NCBI GenBank assembly: GCA_045863335.1
Contig: BTVY01000018.1
Span: 32,001 to 96,000, forward strand
DNA from: Candidatus Hydrogenedentota bacterium
Lineage (GTDB): Bacteria > Hydrogenedentota > Hydrogenedentia > Hydrogenedentales > SLHB01
DNA length: 64,000 nt
Direction of reading: 5' to 3'
The notes beneath the pieces are model-generated. The model searched no databases and was not told the origin of the DNA. It saw only the letters and a program-made list of their open reading frames with translations. Below are positions 37,128 to 46,292 of this stretch, piece by piece. A program made the translations under genes and the position numbers. Numbering within the stretch: position 1 is the stretch's first letter; each line of letters opens with the position of its first letter.

Positions 37128-38921
37128 TTATCCGCGGGCGAGCAACTCCAGCGTGTTGTCGAGATACCGCGCCCGGTTCGCCTGCCGCTGGATCTTACCG
37201 CTACTGGTCTTGTCGATCGACTTGGGCGCGATCAGACAGACCTGGTGCACCCGCAGTTCATGGGTTTCGGCGACCGCTTTGCGGACGGCCGCGATCACGT
37301 CTTTGCCGTCGCTTCCTTCCGGCAACAGCGCCTCCGCCACGACGACCAGCTTTTCCGGACCGTCCGTGTCGACGGAGAATGCCGCGCAGCAGCCTTGGCG
37401 AATCGCTTCGTGACTCAACTCCATGGTCCGCTCAATGTCCTGGGGATAGTGATTGAGCCCGTCCACGATGATCATGTCTTTGATGCGGCCGGTCACGAAG
37501 ACGAACCCATTCTTCACAAACCCCAGGTCGCCCGTACGGAGGAAGGGTCCTTCTCCCGTATCGGCTAGCGTCGATCGGAACGTCTGTTCCGTATCCTCAG
37601 GCCGGTTCCAGTACCCGTCGGCTACCGTGGTTCCAGAGACCCAGATTTCGCCTACCGTGTCGGGCGAGCACTGTAACCGCGAATCCGGATCGACAATGAG
37701 GACGCGCGTGTCGTGGCTCGTGCGGCCAGAGCCAACCAGGGTGCGCACGTCGTCGCCCGGCGCTTTCGCCTCCACGACGCGGTGTTGTTCAAGTTCCGAC
37801 GCCACCACGGGAAGCAACATGGGCTCCAAACGTGCCGTCGTGGATACCATGAGCGTGGCTTCGGCCAACCCGTAGCCGGGGCACAGCACGTTCCACTTGA
37901 ACCCGCAGGGTTTGAAGGTTTCCGCGAATCGTTCCAGTGTATCGGGCCGGACCGGCTCCGCGCCGTTGCCCGCGCTTGCCCATCGGCTCAAGTCGAGGGT
38001 CGCGCGCTGCTCGGGCGTGATTTTGCGCACACAGAGGTCGTACGCGAAATTCGGCGCGCAACTGTGCGTTGCTTTGTATTTCGACATGGCGCGCAACCAC
38101 CGCAACGGCCGCTGCAAAAATGCCAGCGGCGACATGACGTAGCACGGGGCCTGGATGTAGACGGGCAGGAGCAGTCCCCAAATAAGGCCCATGTCATGAA
38201 AGGCTGGAAGCCACGTCACGAAACGGACGTCGTCCTGATCTTCCCAGTGATCGGCCATGTCGTACAGGTTGTAAAGCAGATTCCGGTGCGTGACCATGAC
38301 GCCCTTGGGATCGGCGGTCGATCCGGAGGTGTATTGCAGGAAGGCGATGGACCCGGAGTCGATTTCCGGCGCGACCCATTCCTTCGCCAAATCGTCCCCC
38401 ACGGTATCCGTGGCAAGCCAATCGAATTCGCCGAAATAGGGGTCAAAGCCGGCAAGGCCCTTGCAGATTTCGTACAAGCTGGATACGGTCAATGCCAGCG
38501 AGGTCCCCGCATCGCGCGCCACCACTTTCAAACGCGGCAGGCTGCGGTTCAGCCGGCCGGGATCGGGCGGGTAGACCGGCACCGCGATCACGCCGGCGTA
38601 CAGGCAGCCGAAGAACGCCGCGGTATAGTCCAGTCCCGGAGGATAGAGCATGAGTACGCGGTCGCCTGGCTGGCACCGCTGGCGCAACGCAACGGCAATT
38701 GCCCGCGCGCGGCGGTCGAGCTTGCCAAAGGTGTATCGTTCCCCTTCCTCTTCGCCATCTTCGAGATAGGTATAGGCGAGATGGTCGGGACGCTGAAGCG
38801 CGCGGTTTTGTAGAAGTTCCACCAAGGTACTGCCGTGGGCAGCCCAGTCAGCGGTGGTGGAATCCATAGTACTCGATTCTGCCGGCATCCGGACACGCTC
38901 CGCCCGGTATTGATGCGTCAT
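37128..38921 (-). CDS. Fatty acyl-AMP ligase (FAAL)
   Basis: LAYTYL, AFLQYTSGSTADPKGV, WLP.FHDMGLI, YGLAEATL followed by a FAAL-type insertion, LRTGDLG and KTSSGKIQR. Confidence 0.93.
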   Translation of the reverse strand: MTHQYRAERVRMPAESSTMDSTTADWAAHGSTLVELLQNRALQRPDHLAYTYLEDGEEEGERYTFGKLDRRARAIAVALRQRCQPGDRVLMLYPPGLDYTAAFFGCLYAGVIAVPVYPPDPGRLNRSLPRLKVVARDAGTSLALTVSSLYEICKGLAGFDPYFGEFDWLATDTVGDDLAKEWVAPEIDSGSIAFLQYTSGSTADPKGVMVTHRNLLYNLYDMADHWEDQDDVRFVTWLPAFHDMGLIWGLLLPVYIQAPCYVMSPLAFLQRPLRWLRAMSKYKATHSCAPNFAYDLCVRKITPEQRATLDLSRWASAGNGAEPVRPDTLERFAETFKPCGFKWNVLCPGYGLAEATLMVSTTARLEPMLLPVVASELEQHRVVEAKAPGDDVRTLVGSGRTSHDTRVLIVDPDSRLQCSPDTVGEIWVSGTTVADGYWNRPEDTEQTFRSTLADTGEGPFLRTGDLGFVKNGFVFVTGRIKDMIIVDGLNHYPQDIERTMELSHEAIRQGCCAAFSVDTDGPEKLVVVAEALLPEGSDGKDVIAAVRKAVAETHELRVHQVCLIAPKSIDKTSSGKIQRQANRARYLDNTLELLARG

Positions 38922-39340
38922 GAAAAAGTCTCCATACCCACATGAATTCGCCGCCTCAATGGCGCAGCCCTATTGGTTCAAACCGTTCATCCCAAACCAG
39001 CCCCGGTGAACGCTTTCTGTACTTGGACCAGCCTTGGGCTGCGGAGGTTACACGGCTTCGTTCCATCTGAAACGGTGACAGCAGGTTGTGTAACTTACCA
39101 TCGCCGGGAAACACGCTCGGCAAGGCGCAATCGCGTGAAGTCGCCCGGCCTGCTCACAACTATTTATGAGCGCAGTACTTCCATCGTTTGAGATAAGCTG
39201 AGAGGATACCAGTTCCCCGCATTGCAATACAAACACCAGGCGGCGCGCGCCAGATTCCGGATTCGATTGTTATCGGTGCGCATTGAATCGCGGTAGTACG
39301 CGTGCATCGTTTCCCGCGAAAAAACTGAAGGAGCTTTGTT

Positions 39341-40123
39341 ATGGAGATTCCCGTCTACCAGGTCGATGCGTTTACCTCAGTCCCCTTCCGCGGAAATCCT
39401 GCGGCGATATGCCCCCTGGACGAATGGATCGACGACGCGCTTTTGCAGCGCATCGCGGCCGAAAACAACCTTTCAGAAACCGCCTACATTGTGCAGACCG
39501 GGGACGGGTACGAGTTGCGCTGGTTCACCCCTACCACGGAAGTGGATCTCTGCGGCCACGCCACGCTCGCGTCGGCCCACGTGTTGTTCTCGGAACTGGG
39601 CCACGAGGCGCGGGAGATCGCGTTCGAGACCAAGAGCGGACGTCTCGTCGTGAAGCAAAGCGATGGACACTACGCGATGGATTTCCCCAGCCGTAAGGCA
39701 GAGCCGTTTGTAGCGCGGCAAGAGGTCCTTCAAGCGGTCGGCGTGGATGCGGAGGAAGTCCTGGCGTTTCGCAATCTCATCATGATCGTGACCAGCGAGG
39801 ATCAGGTTCGCGCGGCGAAACCAGACTTCGGACTGTTGAAACGTCAGGATATCTTCGCCGCCATGGTCACGGCCAAGGGATCGGACTGCGACTTCGTATC
39901 CCGATTCTTCGCCCCGGCGCAAAGCATCGACGAGGACCCCGTCACCGGAGCGGCCCACTGTACGTTGACCCCCTACTGGGCGGAAAAGCTCGGAAAGAAG
40001 ACGCTCTTCGCGCGGCAGGTGTCCAATCGAAGCGGCGAAATCTGGTGCGAAGATCGCGGCGAGCGGGTCATGCTCGGCGGCGCAGCCGTCACCGTGCTAA
40101 AGGGAACGATTTACACGGGATAA
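39341..40123 (+). CDS. PhzF family isomerase
   Basis: YQVDAF, GNPAA, NLSETA, RWFTP..EVDLCGHATLA and EDPVTG motifs. Confidence 0.93.
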   Translation: MEIPVYQVDAFTSVPFRGNPAAICPLDEWIDDALLQRIAAENNLSETAYIVQTGDGYELRWFTPTTEVDLCGHATLASAHVLFSELGHEAREIAFETKSGRLVVKQSDGHYAMDFPSRKAEPFVARQEVLQAVGVDAEEVLAFRNLIMIVTSEDQVRAAKPDFGLLKRQDIFAAMVTAKGSDCDFVSRFFAPAQSIDEDPVTGAAHCTLTPYWAEKLGKKTLFARQVSNRSGEIWCEDRGERVMLGGAAVTVLKGTIYTG

Positions 40124-40157
40124 GCGCCGCGCAGCACATCCCAGGCGGAAAAAATTC

Positions 40158-40217
40158 GTCCGTTCTAGTCTGTGTCGGTCCGTGTCCGTCAGTGCCGGTC
40201 CGTGCGGGTCCGTGTCG
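40158..40217. repeat. Degenerate 10-bp tandem repeat (about 6 units, GTCCGTGNNN)
   Basis: GTCCGTTCTA GTCTGTGTCG GTCCGTGTCC GTCAGTGCCG GTCCGTGCGG GTCCGTGTCG, between convergent genes. Confidence 0.75.
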
Positions 40218-40219
40218 CC

Positions 40220-40894
40220 CTACCCAAACGACGCCCGCAACCGCTCCCACGCCGCATCGTCGGCGCAGACCTCAGGGATTCCGATATCCGCCACGACGAC
40301 CCTACCGAGGTATTCCTCGGCGGCGGAATTCTCGAAGCCCTTTTTGGGAAACTGAAACGTCACGGTCGTCATCGCGTGAACACAACAGCCGCCGATCTCG
40401 CCCGTATCGGCATTCAGCCCCGAGGGTAAATCGACGGCAATGGTCTTCACTGCGGGCCAGGACTGGATTGCCGTTTTGAAAGGCTCGCGAACTTCCCCTT
40501 TAACGCCCGTACCCAACATGGCATCCACGAGGTATGCGCAATCGGCGAGGTTTTCCAGGGCCGCGACGACAGCGCGCGGCTGCACCGCCACGCGCACAAA
40601 ACCGCCCAGGCGGCGGTAGGCATCCAGAAAGGTCCGCGCATCCCCCTTGACGTCTTCGGGATCGCTCAACATCACCACCCGCGTGTCGAACCCAGCCAGC
40701 AACGCCAATCGCGCCACGACATACCCATCGCCGCCGTTGTTACCCTTGCCACAGACAACGCCGACCGGCCCCTTGTCGATCTCGCGGAACACGGCGGCTC
40801 CAGCGTTGTTCATTAACACCGCCCCGGGAATCCCGAGGTCTTCAATACAGCGGCGGTCGGCCTCGCGCATCTGTTTGGCCGTCAAGGCGCGCAA
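40220..40894 (-). CDS. nnrE: NAD(P)H-hydrate epimerase (YjeF N-terminal, stand-alone)
   Basis: QMREAD, LMNNAG, CGKGNNGGDG, DAMLGTG, AVDLPSG and DIGIP motifs. TTG start with GGAGG RBS. Confidence 0.9.
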   Translation of the reverse strand: MRALTAKQMREADRRCIEDLGIPGAVLMNNAGAAVFREIDKGPVGVVCGKGNNGGDGYVVARLALLAGFDTRVVMLSDPEDVKGDARTFLDAYRRLGGFVRVAVQPRAVVAALENLADCAYLVDAMLGTGVKGEVREPFKTAIQSWPAVKTIAVDLPSGLNADTGEIGGCCVHAMTTVTFQFPKKGFENSAAEEYLGRVVVADIGIPEVCADDAAWERLRASFG

Positions 40895-40981
40895 CGTTCT
40901 GCCCTCCTGGGCGTCCGGCGACGCCCCGTTCCACCGTACACCCCATTGATTTGCGCGCGCAAGGCTCATTACGCTGAAGGC

Positions 40982-41848
40982 ATGGAAAGGTTGTCCACCA
41001 TGTTGCTTCGCCGGAGAAACTGCGGCTGGCTCTGCCTCGCCGTTTTCATCTCGGCATTGACGGGCTGCGCCCATACGGCGGACTCGTCCGCAGCGCCCGA
41101 TACGGCTGCGGCCGCGGCGGAACCGGTCTCGGAGCTGTCGCGGTTGGAGTCGGCGACTCAGACCTCACCGGACGATGCGGAGGCGCACTACGATCTCGGC
41201 AACGCCTACTTCGATCTCGGGCGATTTCTGGAAGCGGCGCAAGCGTACCGCCGGGCCATCGAGCTGCGGCCCGATTACGCTGCCGCGTACTGCAACCTCG
41301 GTCTGACGCAACGGCGGACGGGACACGTCCGCGATGCGGTCGAGTCCTACCACACCGCGCTGCAATACGACCCCGACGACGCCACGACGATACGCAATCT
41401 CGTCGCGGCCTTGCGCGAAACAGGGGATCTGGAGTCGGCGGCGGCCCAACTCGCGCGGCTCGCCGAACTCGAACCCGAGGACGTGCTCGTCTGGTCCCAG
41501 TACGGCAACCTCCAGTTTCAGCTCGGGCACTTCGAGGAAGCCGCCGACGCCTTTATGCATGTCATCGAACTCGACCCCGGCATGTCGAGCGACTACTACA
41601 ACCTGGGACTGTGCTACCTGGAACTCGAGAAATACGACTCCGCCCTGACCACCTGGCTTACCGCCCTCGCCTACAACCCCGACAACGCCTCCGCCCGCAA
41701 AGGCCTCGCCGTCGCCTACTGGCGCCGCGGCGACTACGAACAAGCCTGGAAAGCCGTCGTCGACTGCCAGACCCGCGGCATCCCCCTCGACCCCCTCTTC
41801 ATCGAACAATTGCAGCAGGACTCCGGGCAGGTCGGGCCGTCGCCGTGA
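40982..41848 (+). CDS. TPR-repeat lipoprotein
   Basis: Lipobox LTGC. About six TPRs (AHYDLGNAY, AYCNLG, YYNLGLCY). Confidence 0.88.
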   Translation: MERLSTMLLRRRNCGWLCLAVFISALTGCAHTADSSAAPDTAAAAAEPVSELSRLESATQTSPDDAEAHYDLGNAYFDLGRFLEAAQAYRRAIELRPDYAAAYCNLGLTQRRTGHVRDAVESYHTALQYDPDDATTIRNLVAALRETGDLESAAAQLARLAELEPEDVLVWSQYGNLQFQLGHFEEAADAFMHVIELDPGMSSDYYNLGLCYLELEKYDSALTTWLTALAYNPDNASARKGLAVAYWRRGDYEQAWKAVVDCQTRGIPLDPLFIEQLQQDSGQVGPSP

Positions 41849-41932
41849 CTAATGTGGACTCAATATCGTACTCAAGAATGCAAGGACGACTGGCTGCATG
41901 CGAGCAGTTGAGTGGAATACGGATGAACATCG

Positions 41933-42250
41933 CTACATACAAGATGCTGTCTGGAGGAAACCGATAAATCGATCAATCTCTCTGCCAAGAGGATCATCAT
42001 CTGGCTCTTGCGTATCAAGGAACGCAAATACTTCATGCCAGCTATGGTCCCGGTTCGAATCCAAGGGAAATCTCCGCAGATCTGGAACTTTGGCAAACTG
42101 GGCAACAAAATATGGTGGTATAGTCAACATTTGCCCTACGGACTTGTTCAAATAATCGACAGACAGACCCTGCGGATTCAAAAAAACAACATCGCCCCAA
42201 ATCTTGTAATTCTCCGCGTCGCGATAGAGATACTCGAATCTGATATTCAT
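41933..42250 (-). CDS. Small hypothetical protein (FxYLYRDAxNYK ... DHxWHE)
   Basis: 105-aa ORF whose ATG overlaps the HNH gene's TGA, in an AT-richer segment. Confidence 0.7.
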   Translation of the reverse strand: MNIRFEYLYRDAENYKIWGDVVFLNPQGLSVDYLNKSVGQMLTIPPYFVAQFAKVPDLRRFPLDSNRDHSWHEVFAFLDTQEPDDDPLGREIDRFIGFLQTASCM

Positions 42251-43038
42251 AAGCGTCCTTGATTCTTGAATATGTGCTCTCGGTGATATGAAAGAAACTC
42301 TTCACTCGGTAGGAATTTCTCAGGCAGAGCAATGGGTTTTCCATCGAAAGTGACTAGCAAGCGTTGCCAAAATCTATCAGTTTCTTCACCGTAAGCCCGA
42401 GAGACTTTGATCGTCATCTCGGAAGTAACAGTGATAATACCCTGATCGAAAGCGCGGTCATGCAATGCGTTGAGACATAAGCCATTCCTTGGATTGAGTC
42501 GGTTTGCTGCATCCACGCGCCAGGGCAGAATATGACTAGCAACTAAAAGTTCAGGGACAGCGAGACCAGTAATACAGCAGCGATACTCATAAGAACTGAG
42601 CACAGAACGCCGAAAGAAGGCCTGACCGACTCTGGTTTTGGAAATACTTTGCGTCTCCTTACCTTCATAGTTGACGCACGCTGACGATTCACCTTCACGT
42701 GGAGCTTGAAACGAAAAGACATGACCGAGATCAAAGGTTTTCATTGCATCACGGCTCTCGTCACAAAACCGGCTCCAGTCCAAATGGATTTCTTCCCACA
42801 TGGCTCGATCCGTAGCCGACGCGCCCACAAGCCCCTTACGCCCACTTGATGTGATCGCAGGATCCAAACTCGCAATGTTCGTCAATTTCATCGCCAGAGC
42901 GGATGGCGTTCTGCCGATGCTCTCCGCGCATTGGACAATTAGAGGATTTCGCGAGTGCATTCTGCCAAAAGGCAATTGGCAGTAAAGATGAAATGCAACT
43001 AGCAGTTGATTTCGAGTCCAGGCAGCGTGTACCGGCAT
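42247..43038 (-). CDS. HNH endonuclease (putative restriction endonuclease)
   Basis: RVGQAFFR, Y..RCCITG, ASHILPW and NPRNGLCLNALHDRAFD motifs. N-terminal WTR..GRTPSALAMKL domain. Confidence 0.88.
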   Translation of the reverse strand: MPVHAAWTRNQLLVAFHLYCQLPFGRMHSRNPLIVQCAESIGRTPSALAMKLTNIASLDPAITSSGRKGLVGASATDRAMWEEIHLDWSRFCDESRDAMKTFDLGHVFSFQAPREGESSACVNYEGKETQSISKTRVGQAFFRRSVLSSYEYRCCITGLAVPELLVASHILPWRVDAANRLNPRNGLCLNALHDRAFDQGIITVTSEMTIKVSRAYGEETDRFWQRLLVTFDGKPIALPEKFLPSEEFLSYHREHIFKNQGRL

Positions 43039-43401
43039 TTCCACCTTTCCGAAATCTTCGTACGCGCGCGAGCCACCAACATCAGGTGACAACATTTCAA
43101 GGTATTAGCGAGAGCCGGGCAGAGTCTTGTATTTAGCCCAAGTCCCTTCACAATCGCTGCACATATAACACAGTGTAGTTGCAGAATCCAGGATTCGGCG
43201 GGCATAGGAAAGACTCGGACCCGATGTATTTCCTGTGCGACTTTAGCCTGGTGCGTATCATATTTGGTAACAGCCGCCTTCGTTTCCGGTAGAATTACAT
43301 GAAGGGGTCTGTCTACCGGGCGTTTGGGAGGCAGAGTCTTGAGCCAGGTCAAACCAGCGTTCACGAACCGTGCGAAACTTCGCGTAGTATCGGGGTGCAT
43401 C

Positions 43402-46164
43402 ATGCGTAAGTACTTACCTTTTCTCAGCATAGTCGTCTTGATCGCGCTGGCGGCGGGGTGTCCGCGGCCGCGGAACCGGAGTTTTGAATTCACGAGCGCG
43501 GACCTCCAGGGCGGGGGGCGCTGGACGAACTTCCTGGCGGGAGCCGCGGAAGATACGGCCGGCGGTGGGGAGACGGCGCCCGCCCCGACTCGGGAGATTG
43601 TCGAACCCGACGTGATCCGGCGGGACGGCGAGTTGCTCTACGTCCTGAACCAGTATCGCGGACTCACGATTGTCGATCTCGACACGGAGGAACTCGTCGC
43701 GCAGGTGCCGACCTACGGGTATCCGCGGGATCTGTACCTCGTGGGAGATCGGGCATATGTGCTCGTGGCGTACGCGTCGGAATTCGACGTGAAGGACGAC
43801 ACGATCTCGTACGACATCGAGTCGCGGTTGTACGTGGTCGATGTGGCGCAGCCGGACGAGGCCGAGATTCTCGGTTCCTTTGACCTGGAAGGCGACCTCG
43901 TCGAGAGCCGGCTTGTCGGCGATATTCTGTACGCGGTGGGCGCGGACTACGAGTGGTACTGGCTCGACGGCGGTGTGGCCGAGGGCGGCGGAGGAAGCGT
44001 AGTCAAAGCGCAAACGTCTGGCTCGTGGGTGACCAGCATCAACATCGCGGACCCGAACAACATATTTGAGGCGGATCAGATTTCCTTCGACGGACTCGGC
44101 AGCGTCATCCATGTGACGACCGAGGCCATCTACGTGGCGGCGAGCAGTTGGCAGACCGATTCGACGCAGATTACCTGCGTCGACATCAGCAACCCGGCGG
44201 GCGCGATGCAGGTGCGCGATTCGGTGGCGGTGCCGGGGCAGGTGGCCGACAAGTTCAAGATGGACGTGTGGAACCAGGTGCTGCGCGTTGTGTCGAGCGC
44301 CTGGAGCGACGAGCGCCGAATCTACGTGTCGACGGTCGACGTATCGGACCCGGACGATCTCGTACCGCTTGCGGAACTCGAATTTGAACGCGCACGCGGG
44401 GACTCCCTGTTCGCGACGCGCTTCGACGGGGCCCGCGCGTACATCGTGACGTACTTCGTTGTGGACCCGCTGTTTGTCGTCGATCTCTCCGATCCGGTGA
44501 ACCCGAGCATCGAAGGCGAACTGGAAGTGCCGGGCTGGTCCACCTACATTGAGCCCATGGGCGATCGGCTGCTGGCGCTCGGTGTCGACGACACGAACGG
44601 CCGCCGGGTCAGCATGAGCTTGTTCAACGTGGCGGACCCGGCCAATCCTTCGCTCATCGAACGTGTTTCCTTCGGCCAGAGTTGGAGTTGGTCGAGCGCG
44701 TACAACGACGTGAAATCCCTGACAGTGCTCGACGACCTGATTATCGTGCCGTTCTCAGGATGGGAGGATGACTTTGGCGGGTTCGAACGCCTGCAGTTTG
44801 TTTCCTACACCCCCGACGACCTCACGAAGAATGGCGTGGTCGACGTGGAAGGCACGGTGTTGCGGAGCTTCGAGTACAACAGCCTTTACTACGCGGCAAC
44901 GACGGAGCAGTTGGCGAAAATCGACGCGACCGATCGGAACGCGCCGCAGGTTGTCGACAGCATCGTGCTCGCGGAGAATGTCGCAGACTTTGTTGAGTTG
45001 TCCGCGAGTCTCGGCGTGGAGCTGATCACACAATATGACACGGGCCTGACGATCGCGCGCCGCGCCGACCTGCCGCTCAAGAGCCTCGCCGGCGAGGTAG
45101 AAGTGGAGATCGGCGAGTTGGTGGATGCCTTTGCATACGGCTCCTCGGTCGTTCTGGTTGGGGCGACGTGGGACGGCGAGTCCGCCTACAAGGTGGCCAT
45201 CGTCGACTTTACCGATCCCAATGCGCCGGAAATCGACGCGATCGTCGATGTCGACGTTTCACCTTACTACGGTTACTGGTGGTGGGGACCCTACCTCCCC
45301 TACATCGACACCGTCGGCGTTGCGAGCGATGCGCTCATCGCGCCGTGGTATCCCGTCCAGCAGCAGGGGTCGGCCTTCCTGATCGGCGACAATCTCGTGC
45401 TCCGCTGTTCCGCCGACTCGTACGATGATGTCATCGGCGGTGAGGCGCCGAATGAAGGATTGGCCATCGTCGACCTCACGCAACCAGCGTGGACTTCCAC
45501 CGTGGGCCTCGGATTCGAGCAAGTCGTTTCTGTGCATGAAGACAACGGCAAGGTCTACATCGCCAGCAAGGTCGCTATGAATTCGTTCAACGTGTTCGGC
45601 GATCCGTTGTGCGCCTACTTCGTCACGGCCTTCGACCCGGCGACCGGTGGGGCCAGCCCGACGGCCAACGTGCCCGGCATCTTCGTGCAGTACGACGCGG
45701 GAACGCAGATCATGACGTTGCGCGACGACCAATGGTCCGCTGGCTACGATTACACCAGCACGCTGAACACGGTCCAGTGGGCCGGCGGCGACACCGTCAC
45801 GGAACTGGACGAACTGACGCTGCCGGAGGGCACTTCAAACGTTCTGGGTCGCGGTAGCAGAATCTTCCTGGAGGCGTACGACAATGGCGTGCGTCTCTAC
45901 GGCGCTTCCGTCGCCGCGAACGGCAATCTGAGCCTTGGCCAAAGCACCCTGGTGACCGATGGCTGGGCCAACCTCATCGACGCGAAAGGCACCAGTGCGT
46001 ATCTCTCGGTCGGCGGCGGCGCCATCGTGCGGTACGATTGCGCAGGTAAGCCGGCGCTGGAGGAACTCGTCCAGGTCATGGGGACGCCTTCACAAATGCA
46101 CTTCGGATCGAGTGCCGCCTACGCGCCCCTGGGATACTTTGGCATCGTGTCGCTCGGACTCTAG
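43402..46164 (+). CDS. Large lipoprotein with beta-propeller domain
   Basis: Lipobox AAGC. EPDVI, ATRFDG.RAY.VTY..VDPLFVVDLSDP and GELEVPGWSTYI are typical of the secreted beta-propeller family. Confidence 0.8.
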   Translation: MRKYLPFLSIVVLIALAAGCPRPRNRSFEFTSADLQGGGRWTNFLAGAAEDTAGGGETAPAPTREIVEPDVIRRDGELLYVLNQYRGLTIVDLDTEELVAQVPTYGYPRDLYLVGDRAYVLVAYASEFDVKDDTISYDIESRLYVVDVAQPDEAEILGSFDLEGDLVESRLVGDILYAVGADYEWYWLDGGVAEGGGGSVVKAQTSGSWVTSINIADPNNIFEADQISFDGLGSVIHVTTEAIYVAASSWQTDSTQITCVDISNPAGAMQVRDSVAVPGQVADKFKMDVWNQVLRVVSSAWSDERRIYVSTVDVSDPDDLVPLAELEFERARGDSLFATRFDGARAYIVTYFVVDPLFVVDLSDPVNPSIEGELEVPGWSTYIEPMGDRLLALGVDDTNGRRVSMSLFNVADPANPSLIERVSFGQSWSWSSAYNDVKSLTVLDDLIIVPFSGWEDDFGGFERLQFVSYTPDDLTKNGVVDVEGTVLRSFEYNSLYYAATTEQLAKIDATDRNAPQVVDSIVLAENVADFVELSASLGVELITQYDTGLTIARRADLPLKSLAGEVEVEIGELVDAFAYGSSVVLVGATWDGESAYKVAIVDFTDPNAPEIDAIVDVDVSPYYGYWWWGPYLPYIDTVGVASDALIAPWYPVQQQGSAFLIGDNLVLRCSADSYDDVIGGEAPNEGLAIVDLTQPAWTSTVGLGFEQVVSVHEDNGKVYIASKVAMNSFNVFGDPLCAYFVTAFDPATGGASPTANVPGIFVQYDAGTQIMTLRDDQWSAGYDYTSTLNTVQWAGGDTVTELDELTLPEGTSNVLGRGSRIFLEAYDNGVRLYGASVAANGNLSLGQSTLVTDGWANLIDAKGTSAYLSVGGGAIVRYDCAGKPALEELVQVMGTPSQMHFGSSAAYAPLGYFGIVSLGL

Positions 46165-46176
46165 GGCTATCGGAAC

Positions 46177-46220
46177 AAAAAATGGCGGATGGGTTCTCCG
46201 GGAACGGGGAACCCATCCGC
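46177..46220. terminator. Rho-independent terminator (likely bidirectional)
   Basis: 16-bp stem GCGGATGGGTTCTCCG/CGGGGAACCCATCCGC with GGAA loop and an A6 tract on the left. Lies between convergent genes. Confidence 0.8.
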
Positions 46221-46292
46221 TTCTGCATCAAATCGCCAACCCACGACGCCCTAAGCCCTGCGCGCAAAACCGGAGATCGCGGCGCTGACTCG

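Noticed and set aside
32238-38813. Long + strand ORFs opposite the PKS/FAAL (492 and 366 aa)
   Set aside because: Antisense shadows. The minus-strand frames carry all the catalytic motifs.
41849-43300. Prophage or IS origin for the AT-richer islet
   Set aside because: No integrase, transposase, tRNA target or flanking direct repeats could be seen.
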